From: Antedon mediterranea | Lineage: Eukaryota; Animalia; Echinodermata | NCBI RefSeq assembly: GCF_964355755.1 | Contig: NC_092678.1 | Span: forward strand, 8,882,422-8,946,421 | DNA length: 64,000 nucleotides | Direction of reading: 5' to 3' | Part shown: one piece after another, positions 14,001 to 26,700 of the stretch | Layout: each line of letters starts with the position of its first letter | How positions within the stretch are numbered: the first letter of the stretch is position 1 | Notes under the pieces: model-generated | Told to the model about the DNA's origin: nothing | Databases searched by the model: none | What the model saw: only the letters and a program-made list of their open reading frames with translations | Translations under genes and position numbers: made by a program

Positions 14001-16103
14001 TCTTGTTGCCAAAATCGGAATCCGACACCAATTTAAAAATAGCTTATCATTAATTTTACTGTTAATATTAATGTGCGTATACATATTATATCAGTGACGT
14101 CAGTAACTGATTAAATGCATAATTATTTTAGCCTGTACAAGTGAAGGATGTCATAATAGATTGCGATTGAAGTGTGCAAGTGATGGAAGAACTTATCGAA
14201 ACAGATGTTACCTGAATCACGCCGCCTGTCTTGATCCTACTATCAGGATAATATCACGTGGACCATGTAGAAGCTTTGGTAAAACGACAGGCAGATAGAT
14301 AATCATTTTCCTCTGGAGTTATATAACAAACTGACATTTTAAATAAACACAACAAAATTCTATTTTAATACCATTGAATCAGAGACATATATTAAATAAT
14401 TGTGCATCATTCCCATGTTTACGATATCATGCAAAGGGTAGAGAAAAGAAATGTAGCGCCCTCTTAAAGATGTGTTGTCCCCCAAAAACATGAAACATGA
14501 AGATTAATTAATTCAGACTTTGAATATTTTATTTTGTAGTTTTAATAAAGGTAATCACTTCCATAGAAAAAAAACGAAAAATATAATGTGTTCACTTGTA
14601 AAATAACAAAATAAATGGTTCAATTCAATCAAAAATCTATTAGTAGCAAATTTGACAATTTTTTGCTTTAAACTACATTTTTTTCAGGTAAATACATTTT
14701 TTTTCTCGATCCAATTTTTTGTCAAAATGGGTACGTAACTATTATGTTACATTAAAATGGAGTAGGCCTATTCAACAAAAATTTGTTTTAAGAATTATTT
14801 TTTCAGGGCGACAATACATCTTTACGTTAAAAAACATATACAAACTGCATTTACTTCTCTTGCCAGATGCTAATTTTAATGGAGTATGCCATTCTAAAAT
14901 CAAGATAATTTAATAATCGTTAAAGATAATAAGACATATGTTCAAAAATACTTTTCTTTCTCTAGGTACATTTGAAGTAATAGGAGGCCCTCGCATTTGT
15001 TTGGGAATAGAAGACAGTAGTAGTAGTGAAAGTTTTGAAAGAACAATTTGTCCACCCACTCAAGGTAATTCGGACTATGAAAATGCCTTTATCTGCAAAT
15101 AATTTCATAATTAAATTATTTGTACCATTGCATTATTTGTTTGATAACACACTTAATATGATAACAGGCGAAACATATTCTAAGGCCTAGCTATGACTAC
15201 ATGGGCTTGGTTAGACTACATAGGCCTAGTTAGACTACATAAGCCTAGCTAGACTACATAGGCCTCACTAGACTACATAGGCCTAGTTAGACTACATAGG
15301 CCTCACTAGACTACATAGGCCTAGTGCACCTGGCAACTGAAACTGATCTGATGCAAATTCTGTTTCTAGTTCTTTTATAATTTTTCCCATTGATTAATAA
15401 CAAAAATTATACGATCTGAAGCTAATTTTAAAGTGCATACATATCGCTCGATAAAAACGGTTCTAATTTAATAGTATTTTAACAAGAAAAATAGATGACG
15501 CCGCACAATATGTTTTTTAAATGAAAAAATAGTAGGCCTATCACACAATACAATGCGTCTAATACTACCGTCAATTGAACGCCATGTGATCCAGTGACAA
15601 GCGTCTAACAGTCAAATGACAAGAAATATTTAGGTGATGTGTTATATATTTTATTATCATATTACCTAATGTTTGTTGAGATATCTATATTAGTCTATTT
15701 AGAAGATTTATTTCAGATTTGACTCAACAACGTTAAACACTGCCTTTTTATGTTAGATAATTATTACTTATGAAGCATCCATTCATTGTTTCTTATTGAC
15801 ATTGCTATTTTTATTATTGTTGCTATTGTTATTATCATTGTAGCACCGACGAGTGAAGCAACAACTGTGAATGATATGCCTACTACCACAGCAACTGAAG
15901 CAACAACTGTGAATGATATGCCTACTACCACAGCAACTGCTGCCATTGTATGTCAAAATGAGTGCCCTCTTTCATTTGAGCCCTTGTGTGGCGGTAATGG
16001 TGTTAAAAACACAACTTTTCCAAATATATGTGTATTGGAAGCTATAAAGTGCAACAATGACCCAGAATTAACTGTTATACACGAAGGTGAATGTATAGTT
16101 TAA
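11092..16103 (+). CDS. Gene B: fibropellin-like signal-EGF-CUB-EGF-Kazal-Cys/Ser loop-Thr-rich-Kazal protein (about 383 aa)
   Basis: Exons: 11092-11146 (signal MKYIILLVTLLAGTANSE), 11500-11637 (EGF), 12029-12192 and 12688-12865 (CUB: CGYNQYEDQGVIESPNF...ECYYLVRV...FETE/INKDYLEYG...WFYFFTDFNMQRGGFFITY), 13659-13769 (EGF DINECGSNPC), 14132-14278 (Kazal), 14966-15064 (99 nt), 15844-16103 (Kazal, stop). Phases are consistent, total 1152 nt. Confidence 0.85.
15195..15325. repeat. 19-bp minisatellite (GACTACATAGGCCTAGTTA), about 7 copies
   Basis: Direct tandem units in the last intron of gene B. Confidence 0.85.
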
Positions 16104-16661
16104 CGCTGACAACATATTACTGTATGATTTTTATTCATTTCTATGTGTGCCTATTATAGGAATATATCAATGAACATTTTTGTTTAATTAACGTTAAAAT
16201 ATTAAATCAAGTATAAATTTATTCAACCATATCAAAATAATAAATTCTAAACATGTGTACAAAAATATTGGCGAGGGCGATTATAAGAGAGAAGCTCGTT
16301 TTGCGGTCACCACCCATGGTGCTGAGACACTACATAACATAGTGATACTATTATTATAAACTCGATTATATTTCTTTTGAAATGAAAATAATTAATTGTT
16401 ATTAAAATAGTCTATTTTAGGTAATCTCAACAATAACTTATTTACTGACACTTTAATAAAATCTATATAGTATACAGTTTTTCTTTTGAATAAAACTAAA
16501 TAATATTCTCAATATTTCTATTTTTTAAATATAATAATACCACATTTATATAGCGCCCTTTTCGTGAGTAATCATGCTCAAGGACGCTTTACATAGTACT
16601 AAATGGTAAATAAAAATAATCAGTAAATATAGGCCTACCATAACCAACCAACCATCCCAAC

Positions 16662-17954
16662 CTCGCTTCGCTCGCGTACCATCTAGGTCGTGCCCACAGA
16701 TGGTTCTCGAATACACAGTAATTTCAGGGTAAAAAATCTGCCGATTTCAAATGCACGTACCGCAGGACTATAATAATACATTGTCGTTTACAGAAACGAA
16801 TAAGTAGACACAATGATTTATGTAGTCAAACAAAATTAGCACCCTGGGAATTACTTCCGAAAGAGAAACTTACCACAAAATAAGTCCAAATTGTTTATTC
16901 ATTTAAAGAAACCCAATTAGGGTTGAGGGATTGGAAAGAGGATAGGTACAAAGAAGAACAATTTTTAAATATATTCTTTATCCACATCAGTAACGAAATA
17001 TTGTTTTCATTTTTTATAGGCCTATAAATAATATACCACTAACGGTGACTAAATATAGTAAAACATTTGCGATTTAATACTTTGTTAAAACTGTCACTGT
17101 CATAGTCGATTGAAATAGTAAAGTACATGTAACGATACACCACTACGACGTTTATATTTTTTGTAATTATTAATTAATGCAAACGTTGAGAAGCAACTGT
17201 CAGTAATAAAGTTTATTTGTATATTACGTGTGTATATATCTAACAGTAGAGCCTACCCATAATCACAGTAATAAAGTAAATACTAACAGTATTCACAGTA
17301 AGAAATGTTTGTATATATCTTTTTACATCTAACAGTATTCACAGTAAGAAATGTTCGATTCAAATGACAACCAAAAATGGTTAATAGGTAGGTATTTGCA
17401 GTACTGTATTGTCAAAGTATTGCAAGTTTATTCTCCAAGGGCTCATAAATTTACCTACTTGTGTTAAACAAAACTGGCAGACTGAGAGATTGGAATGTTC
17501 CATTCATCGCAAATCAATACATTTGTAAAAACGTAAATTAAATCTATCAAAATAGTATTTTTTAAAGAAAATCGGCCTGTCTTCAACATTATGATACTGT
17601 ACTCGAGCAGTTCAACCGGTTTTCAGCTATTAAAAACAATTATCGTAGGAGGAGATAGGAAAATGCGAAGCGTCCTCGTATTATTGTGTGCGGGTATTTT
17701 TCAAGTTGGACATCCATTAGACAGTGTATACCACGATCGAAAAACACCCCTATTTGGGGCAAATCGTTGAACCTAAATTCGTTTTAATTGTCAATAACTA
17801 ATTATCTAACTCAATTTAATTAGTAAACAGGGTTACATCAGGTGGTTAAAATCAGTACCGAAAGTACGAACCAACTTTATATACCATCGAGTAAAAATTC
17901 TAGAAGTAAGGCGCGATTTACCGAATTTTGCCCTTACGTAAATCTATATATAGA
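16662..17954 (-). mobile_element. Non-autonomous Helitron (copy 2, inverted)
   Basis: Reverse-complement match to copy 1 over several hundred bp at each end. The 5' TC is at 17954 and the 3' hairpin near 16662-16686 is incomplete. Confidence 0.85.
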
Positions 17955-18644
17955 TTATTACCCCGGTCATTATTTGGATGGTTGGTTATGGTAGGCCTAC
18001 ATTTACTGATTATTTTTATTTCTCTCATAGGCATGTTAAGTAGAAGTAAGTAGACTAAACTATACCTGGACATGTATATCAACCCATCGTGATTTCATAA
18101 TTTGATTAAGAAATATAAGTCACCGGAACAAGACGTTCGTTCATTTGAATTGTTAACAAAGTTAAGGTCAACTGGGATAAACCACCAAGGTCATACATTA
18201 TGTAAAACATAACAATATGATAATATTACAACAACGTACTTGACATTGAAACTGAACGCTGAATTTAAATGTAACGTTTAAAAACATAAACTACGAATGA
18301 AACTACTGTATAATAAGAAGGAATGTACTCGGTTTATTGACATTTTATAAACTTTCGAATAATAGTTTTCGCTTAGGGTCATCGCTTAGGGTCATCGCTT
18401 AGGGTCATCGCAAAACTACAGAACTATGCCTGATTTTAAGTAGACGATTTAGTATTATAAATGATTTGTTATAGTTTTTAAAAATGCATTTTAAATATTT
18501 AACACTTTTTTTATTTGGACACTGACACTCATTGTAATGTTGGGGTTATTAATGAATATGCCGTGCTTGTATTTTTTCTTCTGTCTGAATTCATGTTCTG
18601 TCTTTGACTGAAGAAGGTGTCATGTGTAATGAACATGCTGTCTT

Positions 18645-19030
18645 GCCATAAATAAAATGAATTACATAATTCTTATTTTTCGTGAATAATAGAGATTATC
18701 CACCACCTACAGTATACCTAGTCAAAGTCAATTTTGAAGGTTTATATCAACGTCACTATTAACAAGGTCATATACATGGCTGCAGTCGCGTGCTGAAGTT
18801 AGTGTTTACCGACCAACCGACCGACATAGTAAGCTGTAGAGTCGCGTTGCCCGCAACTAATCCCCATAAATAAATCGAATTGCATAATTCTTATATTTCG
18901 TGAATAATAGTGATTATCCACCACCTACTATATACCTAGTCAAAGTCAATTTTGAAGGTTTATATCAACGTCACTATCAACAAGGTCATATACATGGCCA
19001 CAGTCACGTGCTCAAGTGTTTACCGACCTC
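18645..19030. repeat. Tandem duplication of about 217 bp that includes HINE-like element pieces
   Basis: GATTATCCACCACCTAC...GTCAAAGTCAATTTTGAAGGTTTATATCAACG occurs near 18694 and again near 18912. Confidence 0.85.
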
Positions 19031-19529
19031 AAATCGGATTAGCTTTTTGCAGCATATGTGCTCACTCAGTTTTGTTTTTATTTATTTCCAAAATATAGTA
19101 TAATTTACTGGCTGAAATTCAAATAACAGCGAACAATTATGGCTATGCAGAGCCCATGTGTTGCGATTTTAATAATAAAACTCTCTTCAAAATACACAAA
19201 GTAAAACTGAGTATTATATATTATTAGAATTGACAGTAGGAAGGTCCCCTGAATAGGATGTCCTTGTCCAAATATCAATTTGACGTAATATAGTTCGCAT
19301 ATTTGACATACAGTACATGTGTCATTTATGAAAAATGTTCTGTATCAAAATGTAATTTTCAGGTCCGAGAAATAAAAAAATATTATCAGGTAATACGTCA
19401 TCTGATTTCATTTTATTTGTCTTGTTAAAAGGGTAGAACGCATTTTTTTTATATTAAATTTGTATTTTTTCAAAAATTATAATTCATAATTTTGGACATT
19501 GACATTTTGGTAGCTAAAAGAATTATTGT

Positions 19530-20030
19530 TATTTATTTGGCAAAAGTTCATAAAAGTACATTTCACAATTCATCTTGCCAGGAGCAAGTAGGCCTAATAG
19601 GCATGAGCCCAAACAGAAAACTGCTCTTACTCCATCATTACTTATAAAATACAAAAGTAAGTAAGCACAAATTAAGTAAAAACAAAACAAAGTTATAATG
19701 ATACACCAATTAAAAATAAGGTGCATTGAATAAACAATTACAACTTAATATTTTGAGATCAAATGTTTGGAGTTGGGCTTTAACGTCTGAAATTGTGGCA
19801 CATTGTTTAATTTCATTGGGAAGTTGCTCCCATAATCTAGGGAAAATAACAAACGATGAATTTAAAAATGTATTGGTCTTAGCCTTCCAATGTATTAACC
19901 GCCCTTCACACCTCTTACTTGATTTCACAAACTCATTAAAGGATGAGGGACAGAGGCCATGTATTATTTTAAAACCAAATGTGAGTCTAAACACTTTAAA
20001 TATATCTTCAAAAGTTAAAATATTCTGACG
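19530..20030 (-). mobile_element. LINE (CR1/L2 group) 3' fragment
   Basis: The ORF FKIIHGLCP...NSSFVIFPRLWEQLPNEIK is typical of the C-terminus of CR1/L2 ORF2. Confidence 0.7.
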
Positions 20031-20345
20031 TTCTTAATAATAATAAATAATTATAAGATTATCCTAAAACATAATTATACTTCTTCCAATTACTAAACAG
20101 CGGAGGTGAAAGCTGGTTTTATTGATTATTCGTTTACACAAATATTTAATGCAAACTAGTAATAGATGTATTGTGGTCAGGTAGAAAATTACTGTCAAAT
20201 TGTCACGTATGCTTTGCTTACCGTCACGGGGGCTTAGTAACTTAGGTTGAGATAGCTTCCTGGAATCGGAAGCTGTTCTGACGTTTTTAAGAAACGGATA
20301 TTTAAATACAAGTTTTGAGAAGAATACAAAACAAACATCTCTTAA

Positions 20346-20744
20346 ACTTGAATCAGTAGACCTACTAAGAAATCAACAATCATCGACTTGAATCAGTAGA
20401 CCTACTAAGAAATCAACAATCATCGACTTGAATCAGTAGACCTACTAAGAAATCAACAATCATCGACTTGAATCAGTAGACCTACTAAGAAATCAACAAT
20501 CATCGACTTGAATCAGTAGACCAACTAAGAAATCAACAAACATCGACTTGAATCAGTAGACCTACTAAGAAATCAACAATCATCGACTTGAATCAGTAGA
20601 CCTACTAAGAAATCAACAATCATCGACTTGAATCAGTAGACCTACTAAGAAATCAACAATCATCGACTTGAATCAGTAAACCTACTAAGAAATCAACAAT
20701 CATCGACTTGAATCAGTAAACCTACTAAGAAATCAACAATCATC
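20346..20744. repeat. 40-bp minisatellite, 10 copies, directly upstream of the gene C start codon
   Basis: Unit ACTTGAATCAGTAGACCTACTAAGAAATCAACAATCATCG, copies nearly identical. Confidence 0.95.
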
Positions 20745-20762
20745 AGGTAGCACGCAGTACTA

Positions 20763-23700
20763 ATGAAGAAGACATCTACGAAAATGAGATCTTTGAGTAT
20801 TATATTATCTTTATCTATTCAGGTGCACATCGCTATTGGACAAGGTGGGTGATTGGACATCAATTATTATTAATACTTTCAGACAACTTATTGTACTGTA
20901 TGTCATTCAATAGGCCTACTACTAAATTTTAACAGTAAAATACAAAAATGTTGTTTCTTTCTAAACCATCCGTAAACATATATTTGGGAAAAATTAAACG
21001 ACGGTTCGTTTTTATTGTTATGTTATGCATAGGTTCTTTGATCTGATACAAAAGTGTAGCCTTACACACATTTAACTGTGGATATTTGCTTTCCAAAACC
21101 ATCCGTAAAAGTATGATGGAGCTTTTATTTTATGTGATGTATTGCTACGGTTGTCTAATTTGTAAATCGTACTATTATTCACCATATGGAAATAAGCTAC
21201 CAAGCTTCTATAAATGTATTTCTCTGTGTAATCTATATATAAATTTTAGATAATTAGTTATTGATGATTTAAATGAATTTAGGTTCAACGGTTTTCCGAT
21301 CGTGGTATACACTGTCTATAATGGATGTCGATGCTGAAAAATACAAGGATGCTTCGCATTTACCTATCTCCTTCTACGATAATTGTTTTATTAGCTGGAA
21401 ACCGGTTAAACAGCTCGAGATCAGCTGCATCAAAATGTTGAAGACAAGCCGATTTTCTTTAAAAACTACTATTTTGATAGATTTAATAATACGTTTATAA
21501 AAAAGGATTGCTTGGCGATGAATGGATCTATCGGTTCCCCAGTATAAGTATTTGGTATAACGCACGTAGGTACATTTATGAGCCCTTGGGGGATAAACTT
21601 AAAACCTTTGACAATAAATACACATAAACCCTTTTTTTTTTGGCTATTTTAAGCGCAAATTTCTTGTGTGGGGGTACAAATAAACTTTATTACTAGCAGC
21701 TGTATTAAATCGCAAATATTTTACTGTGTTTAGTGCAGTATATTATTTATACAACACAAAAGCGAATATTTCGTTACGGATAAAGGATATATTAAAACTT
21801 TTCCTATTTTCCAAATAAATTCAAATTAAATCAAAATGTTATTTCTACAGATTTCAATGCGTGTGGTAACCCTAATCCTTGTCAAAATGGAGCAGAATGT
21901 ATAGGTATTGTCACAGGCGATTACACATGCCAATGTCTCTATGGATGGGCCGGGAAGGACTGTGAAGTGGCCACAAGTAAGTATTTACATTTATTTCTAG
22001 AAATCTCTCATGCTATTATATATATTTGAATAAGTAATTTTAAGAATTGTTTGTGACGTCACTTTATCGGACTAGGATGAAAGAATGTCTAAATTCCTTA
22101 ACATGTGAATTTATGGTCATTGTTTATCTTGCGCAGTAAAAATTGGCCTCAAAATATCTCGAATTTCTTTCAAAACGCACTATAGACTTCTATCTAATTT
22201 GATAAATAATAAAATACTGATATTATAACATTAAACACATCGGCGGTAATATAAACTTCTATGTCGGGTGCATCAAAACTAATTAAAAGCTTTATTTAAT
22301 TATGTATTTATAATTAAAAATTAGAAGAAGCATGGAGTTTGCACTCTTTCTTCATGTTCGAAAACGGAACTGTCGCGAGAGGGCGTGCGAACTAGGAAAT
22401 CTATAAACGAAAAAAAAATAATTTTCTAATACATTTCCTACTATGGGACTTTGCTTAACTCACTACAGTATCTTGATAGAAACCATGGCAAATAGTTATT
22501 TTTTAGAAGATAATGAAACATGTATTAACGAAAGTTGAATCCAAGTTACTTAGGCCAACATAAGAATTTTGAACGAGTGCTGGATATTCCAATCATCATA
22601 TTCTCATGATTGGCCAGGTTCTCAAAAAGCGCGATTACGGAAATAACTGAACATGACATTCGGGGAAATATTCTATACTATAACTGTACCGACCCTACGA
22701 TTTTAAGTCAGCAGCACATATTAGGTCTACAATAAAAAATAATTTTAAATATTATTTTTTTTTTTGTCTTGTGTGAGTTCATCTCACGTTTATTTAAATT
22801 CTCATTGGTGAATATATTATATACATATAAGTACATTTGTGACAATTAAAAGTAAGTGTTTAAAGTAGTTAAAATACAGCTATATTTACATAATAAGATA
22901 CTTGAATTCAGTATTAACCATATTTGTTTTCATTAAAATTTTAGATACGATGTTAATTAAAATGTAAAAATGAAAAATGGTGGTAAAATACATTATCAAA
23001 ATTTTCTTGTTAAACTATCTTATTTGTGATCTTATTTGTGTTCGAGTAGAGAGGCTATAAACTCAGGGGAGGAAAATGTAGTATCCTCCCTTTTCACCAA
23101 GATAAAAAGGATGAAATGAAAAAAGAGGAATGCAAAAGTTTGAAAGTTAGATATTTAGAATGATAGCATGCAATGATATATTTAATGAAAACCTTAAGGT
23201 TAGAGTCCATACACTGTGCAAGTCCAAGATGCGATTTTGGCTCTGTGCGTATGTGAGACGCTTCATACCCGATGTCACCTTGGTACAACTACTACTTACA
23301 ATTTGTATTTACGATATAAAATATTGAAAATATAAAAAAAATATATATATTGGACAAATACAAATACATGCAGATAACATTGACATGTATACAATATGAA
23401 TATTGCAAATATAGAAAAATATATATATATTAAAAAATAAATACCAATAATTACAGATTTCATATAAGTTATTAAAATTGTCTAAAAACATAATCAAGAG
23501 TTACATTTAAAATCACTTGAAATAAAAAAGGGCTACACATTTATATTAAACTTATACAGCATATGTCACACTAATATAAAATACAATTGTAGATAGAGAT
23601 CTCCAGCACATATATATTTTAATTATTCAATAGGTCAAATATCCTGTCTTTACTATTTTTCCATTTCTGATCAGCAGTATAAAAGTTATGCGAATACTCA

Positions 23701-26700
23701 TTATTTATGAGGTTTATAATTTCATTTTTAAATAGCCCCCAAATATTTGCAGATTCTTTTTTTTTCTGTCGTTTCTAGTTCTTTATATATTATGGAGGAT
23801 TTATATATACAAAAAGTAAAAACTGAAATTAATTCGTTTACAAGTTTGTTTGTTGTTCCCAAAATTACATTACCCACTTTGGAATGTCTTGCTGTACTGT
23901 AATCTCATTTGGAAGACACTGAACAACCAGCATATCTTTAAACTTTTTCCAGACTGGTTGAATAGTTTTACATGCCATTAATAAGTGTTTTTCATTTTCT
24001 ATATGATTCTTATACACTTATTACATTTGTCTGTTGTGGATAATTTCCATCTTTTAAACAGAGCGGATTAATTGAATACTTTGCAACAATAAATGCAATA
24101 CCTGATATATGGAAAGAACAAATAAGGTTGGAAAATGCACGCATAGATATACAATTAAGAGAACATAATATATTTCATAATAGGATAAGATCGTCTTACT
24201 ATTATAAGCAGTTTATAAATGATATATGCATTATTCCAAATCCTCAAATGAAATGGGAAGTAGAATTTAGAGATGAAATCATTGACTGGAATGAAATATG
24301 GAATAGAAAAGTATGTAGAATGAAACACATGGAAAGTAGCTCAATTTAATTTTAAGTTGTTACATCGAATCCTTATAATTATGTAATTTTAAATATTAAA
24401 TGAATAAAATCAATTATACTCATGGAGTATAAAATCTGTTTGTATTAGGCCTAAATTAATCAATAAAAGAAATAGTTTTATCTGTAATATCAAATATATA
24501 CAATCAGCCAAAAGCCAAATATCCAAGTTTAACATACTGCTAAACTATTTTCTCAATGACATGGTTTACTGAAGGGGGACAGTTAAGGATAACATTTTAA
24601 TATACACATTTATCTTGGCATAATAATTGATAATTGTTTATGTCTTAAGTTGTTAAGTTAATTTACTTTTGCTTAACCTTTAGATCAAAATTGCGGTTAT
24701 AATTTATTCGCAAGAAGTGGAAATCTAACAAGCCCTAACTATCCGGGTAACTATAGTAACAGTGATGAATGTCATTACTATGTACGTGTCCATGGTGCTA
24801 AGCAACTAACATTCACTGTAGAGATGTTTGACACAGAGGTACGTAAAATCGAATTCAAACATTTTAAATATGCAATGGCTTAAAAGTAATAGTAGGCCTA
24901 ATAGCGCAACAATAAAAATAATAATGAAACTTGTCAATAAATCCTTCTCCTAAACGTTCCTTAACTAACAAATGAAAAGAGCCATACCCTACTACATATT
25001 GTGCTCAGTCAAGGCGAACTCTTGTCTGGACATGGAAATGTGCACATTTTTGATGGCACTAAAGTTTATTAAATTGATGGTGAGATGCTGAATAGGAAAG
25101 TTTGCTTGTCCAAAATTGCCCTCTTACACTAAAAATCTCTATACGACACCAGAAAACTCATAATAGGAACTATAAAACTGATGTTAGTGTTCCAATTTAA
25201 AATTAAAACCAGCCATAGCATTATTTTAGGTGTGAAAATTAATAACGTTAATATGCAGTACTTGCATGGAGATTGCATCCATCCTTACACTAAAAATGTG
25301 TAAAAAAAACACCACTCAATAAAACAGGATCAAAATACTAACTAAACTGAAGGCCATTGTACATTTTGAAACTGTAAAAATTTAAAACCTGAGCTGCAAT
25401 ATGTTAACACAACATAAAGGTCTGTTTGAATTTTTGTACACAGATTTTACTACTATTATTAAACTTAATATTATTCATATTTTCTAATTGTAGTTTTCAA
25501 AAGATGTGTTACAGTACGCCCCTGGTGTTCGATGGAATTTTAGTGCAAATACTGCACTGGACGGAAACTTGACAACAGTTCCAGGGCAGTTTACAGTTGA
25601 AGGAAGCGACGTGTGGTTCGTTTTTGAATCCGATAGAAATATTGTAAGACCAGGATTTTTAATATCTTACGTAGAGAGTAAGTACACACCAGAATAATGT
25701 TATTATACATGAATTAACGTCATTTTTAAACGATAAATTTAACTATATTAGCCTCCATGAATGCACAGCCAATAACAAATCATTTCATATCCTTGCTGCC
25801 TATCATTGGTTGATATCTTATTACGTTTATTACTAAGTTTGTTAATTAAACAGTAAAGGTACTTTTATATGGTTGCATTAACAACCAGCTCACTTTTATT
25901 TTTTCTGTAACGCCGTCTATAAATTGTAAAAATATAAACAGATTGCAGATTTATTTTATTATTTTTTTAATGTGATTGAAAAATTGTTTAACATAAAAAG
26001 TAGTCTTTCAGACAATGATTTTTTTCTTTCTATTCTGTTTTTTTTTATAAGGGAAAGAATTATTTTTGCTCGTCTTTTTAGTGGACGCGACTCTATAGTT
26101 CACTATGTCGGTCGGTCTGTCGGTCTGTCTGTCGGTCCGGTATCACTATGCGTTTTATCGCTTTCTGACCTTATCTTGATATCAGTCAATTTTTCACAGT
26201 ATATTCCTTATGGCTAGGAATCGATGTGGTTATGTTTTCACGGTGCGCAATAAAAAATTACGCGGTCTACTCACGATTTAACGAAATCACGTTTGTAATC
26301 ATATCTTCACAACCATGAATCACAATTAAATAAAATTTGGTACTCATAAATTTCAGGGCATAAATCATCATATGGCAATACAATTACGTGCGTAGCGCAT
26401 GTAACGCATTCGTACGCGCGCTTAAAATTTTCAAAATTTATTTTCGATGAAATAAGGGTACGTTTCAGGCAATTTTAAGCGTTTACAAAATTGCCATGAG
26501 TACAGGTTTTTGCGTGCGCGTCAAATGTTATCTCACACTCTTTTTGCCCGATTTCTGTTTTCTTGACTTACTTTTCAACTCGAAATTACCTTATACGAGC
26601 ACGTCAAAAGTGACAGGCTACTCACGTGTAAATTAAAAAAATATAAATGATTTTAAACATTTCAACATTTTTAAACATGTTCAGTAATTTCGGTCAGTTG

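Noticed and set aside
15786-15843. Hydrophobic signal-like start of the 105-aa ORF
   Set aside because: It is the T-rich intron end before the acceptor at 15843; the real signal exon is at 11092.
20346-20744. CRISPR-like 40-bp repeats
   Set aside because: Head-to-tail minisatellite with no spacers.
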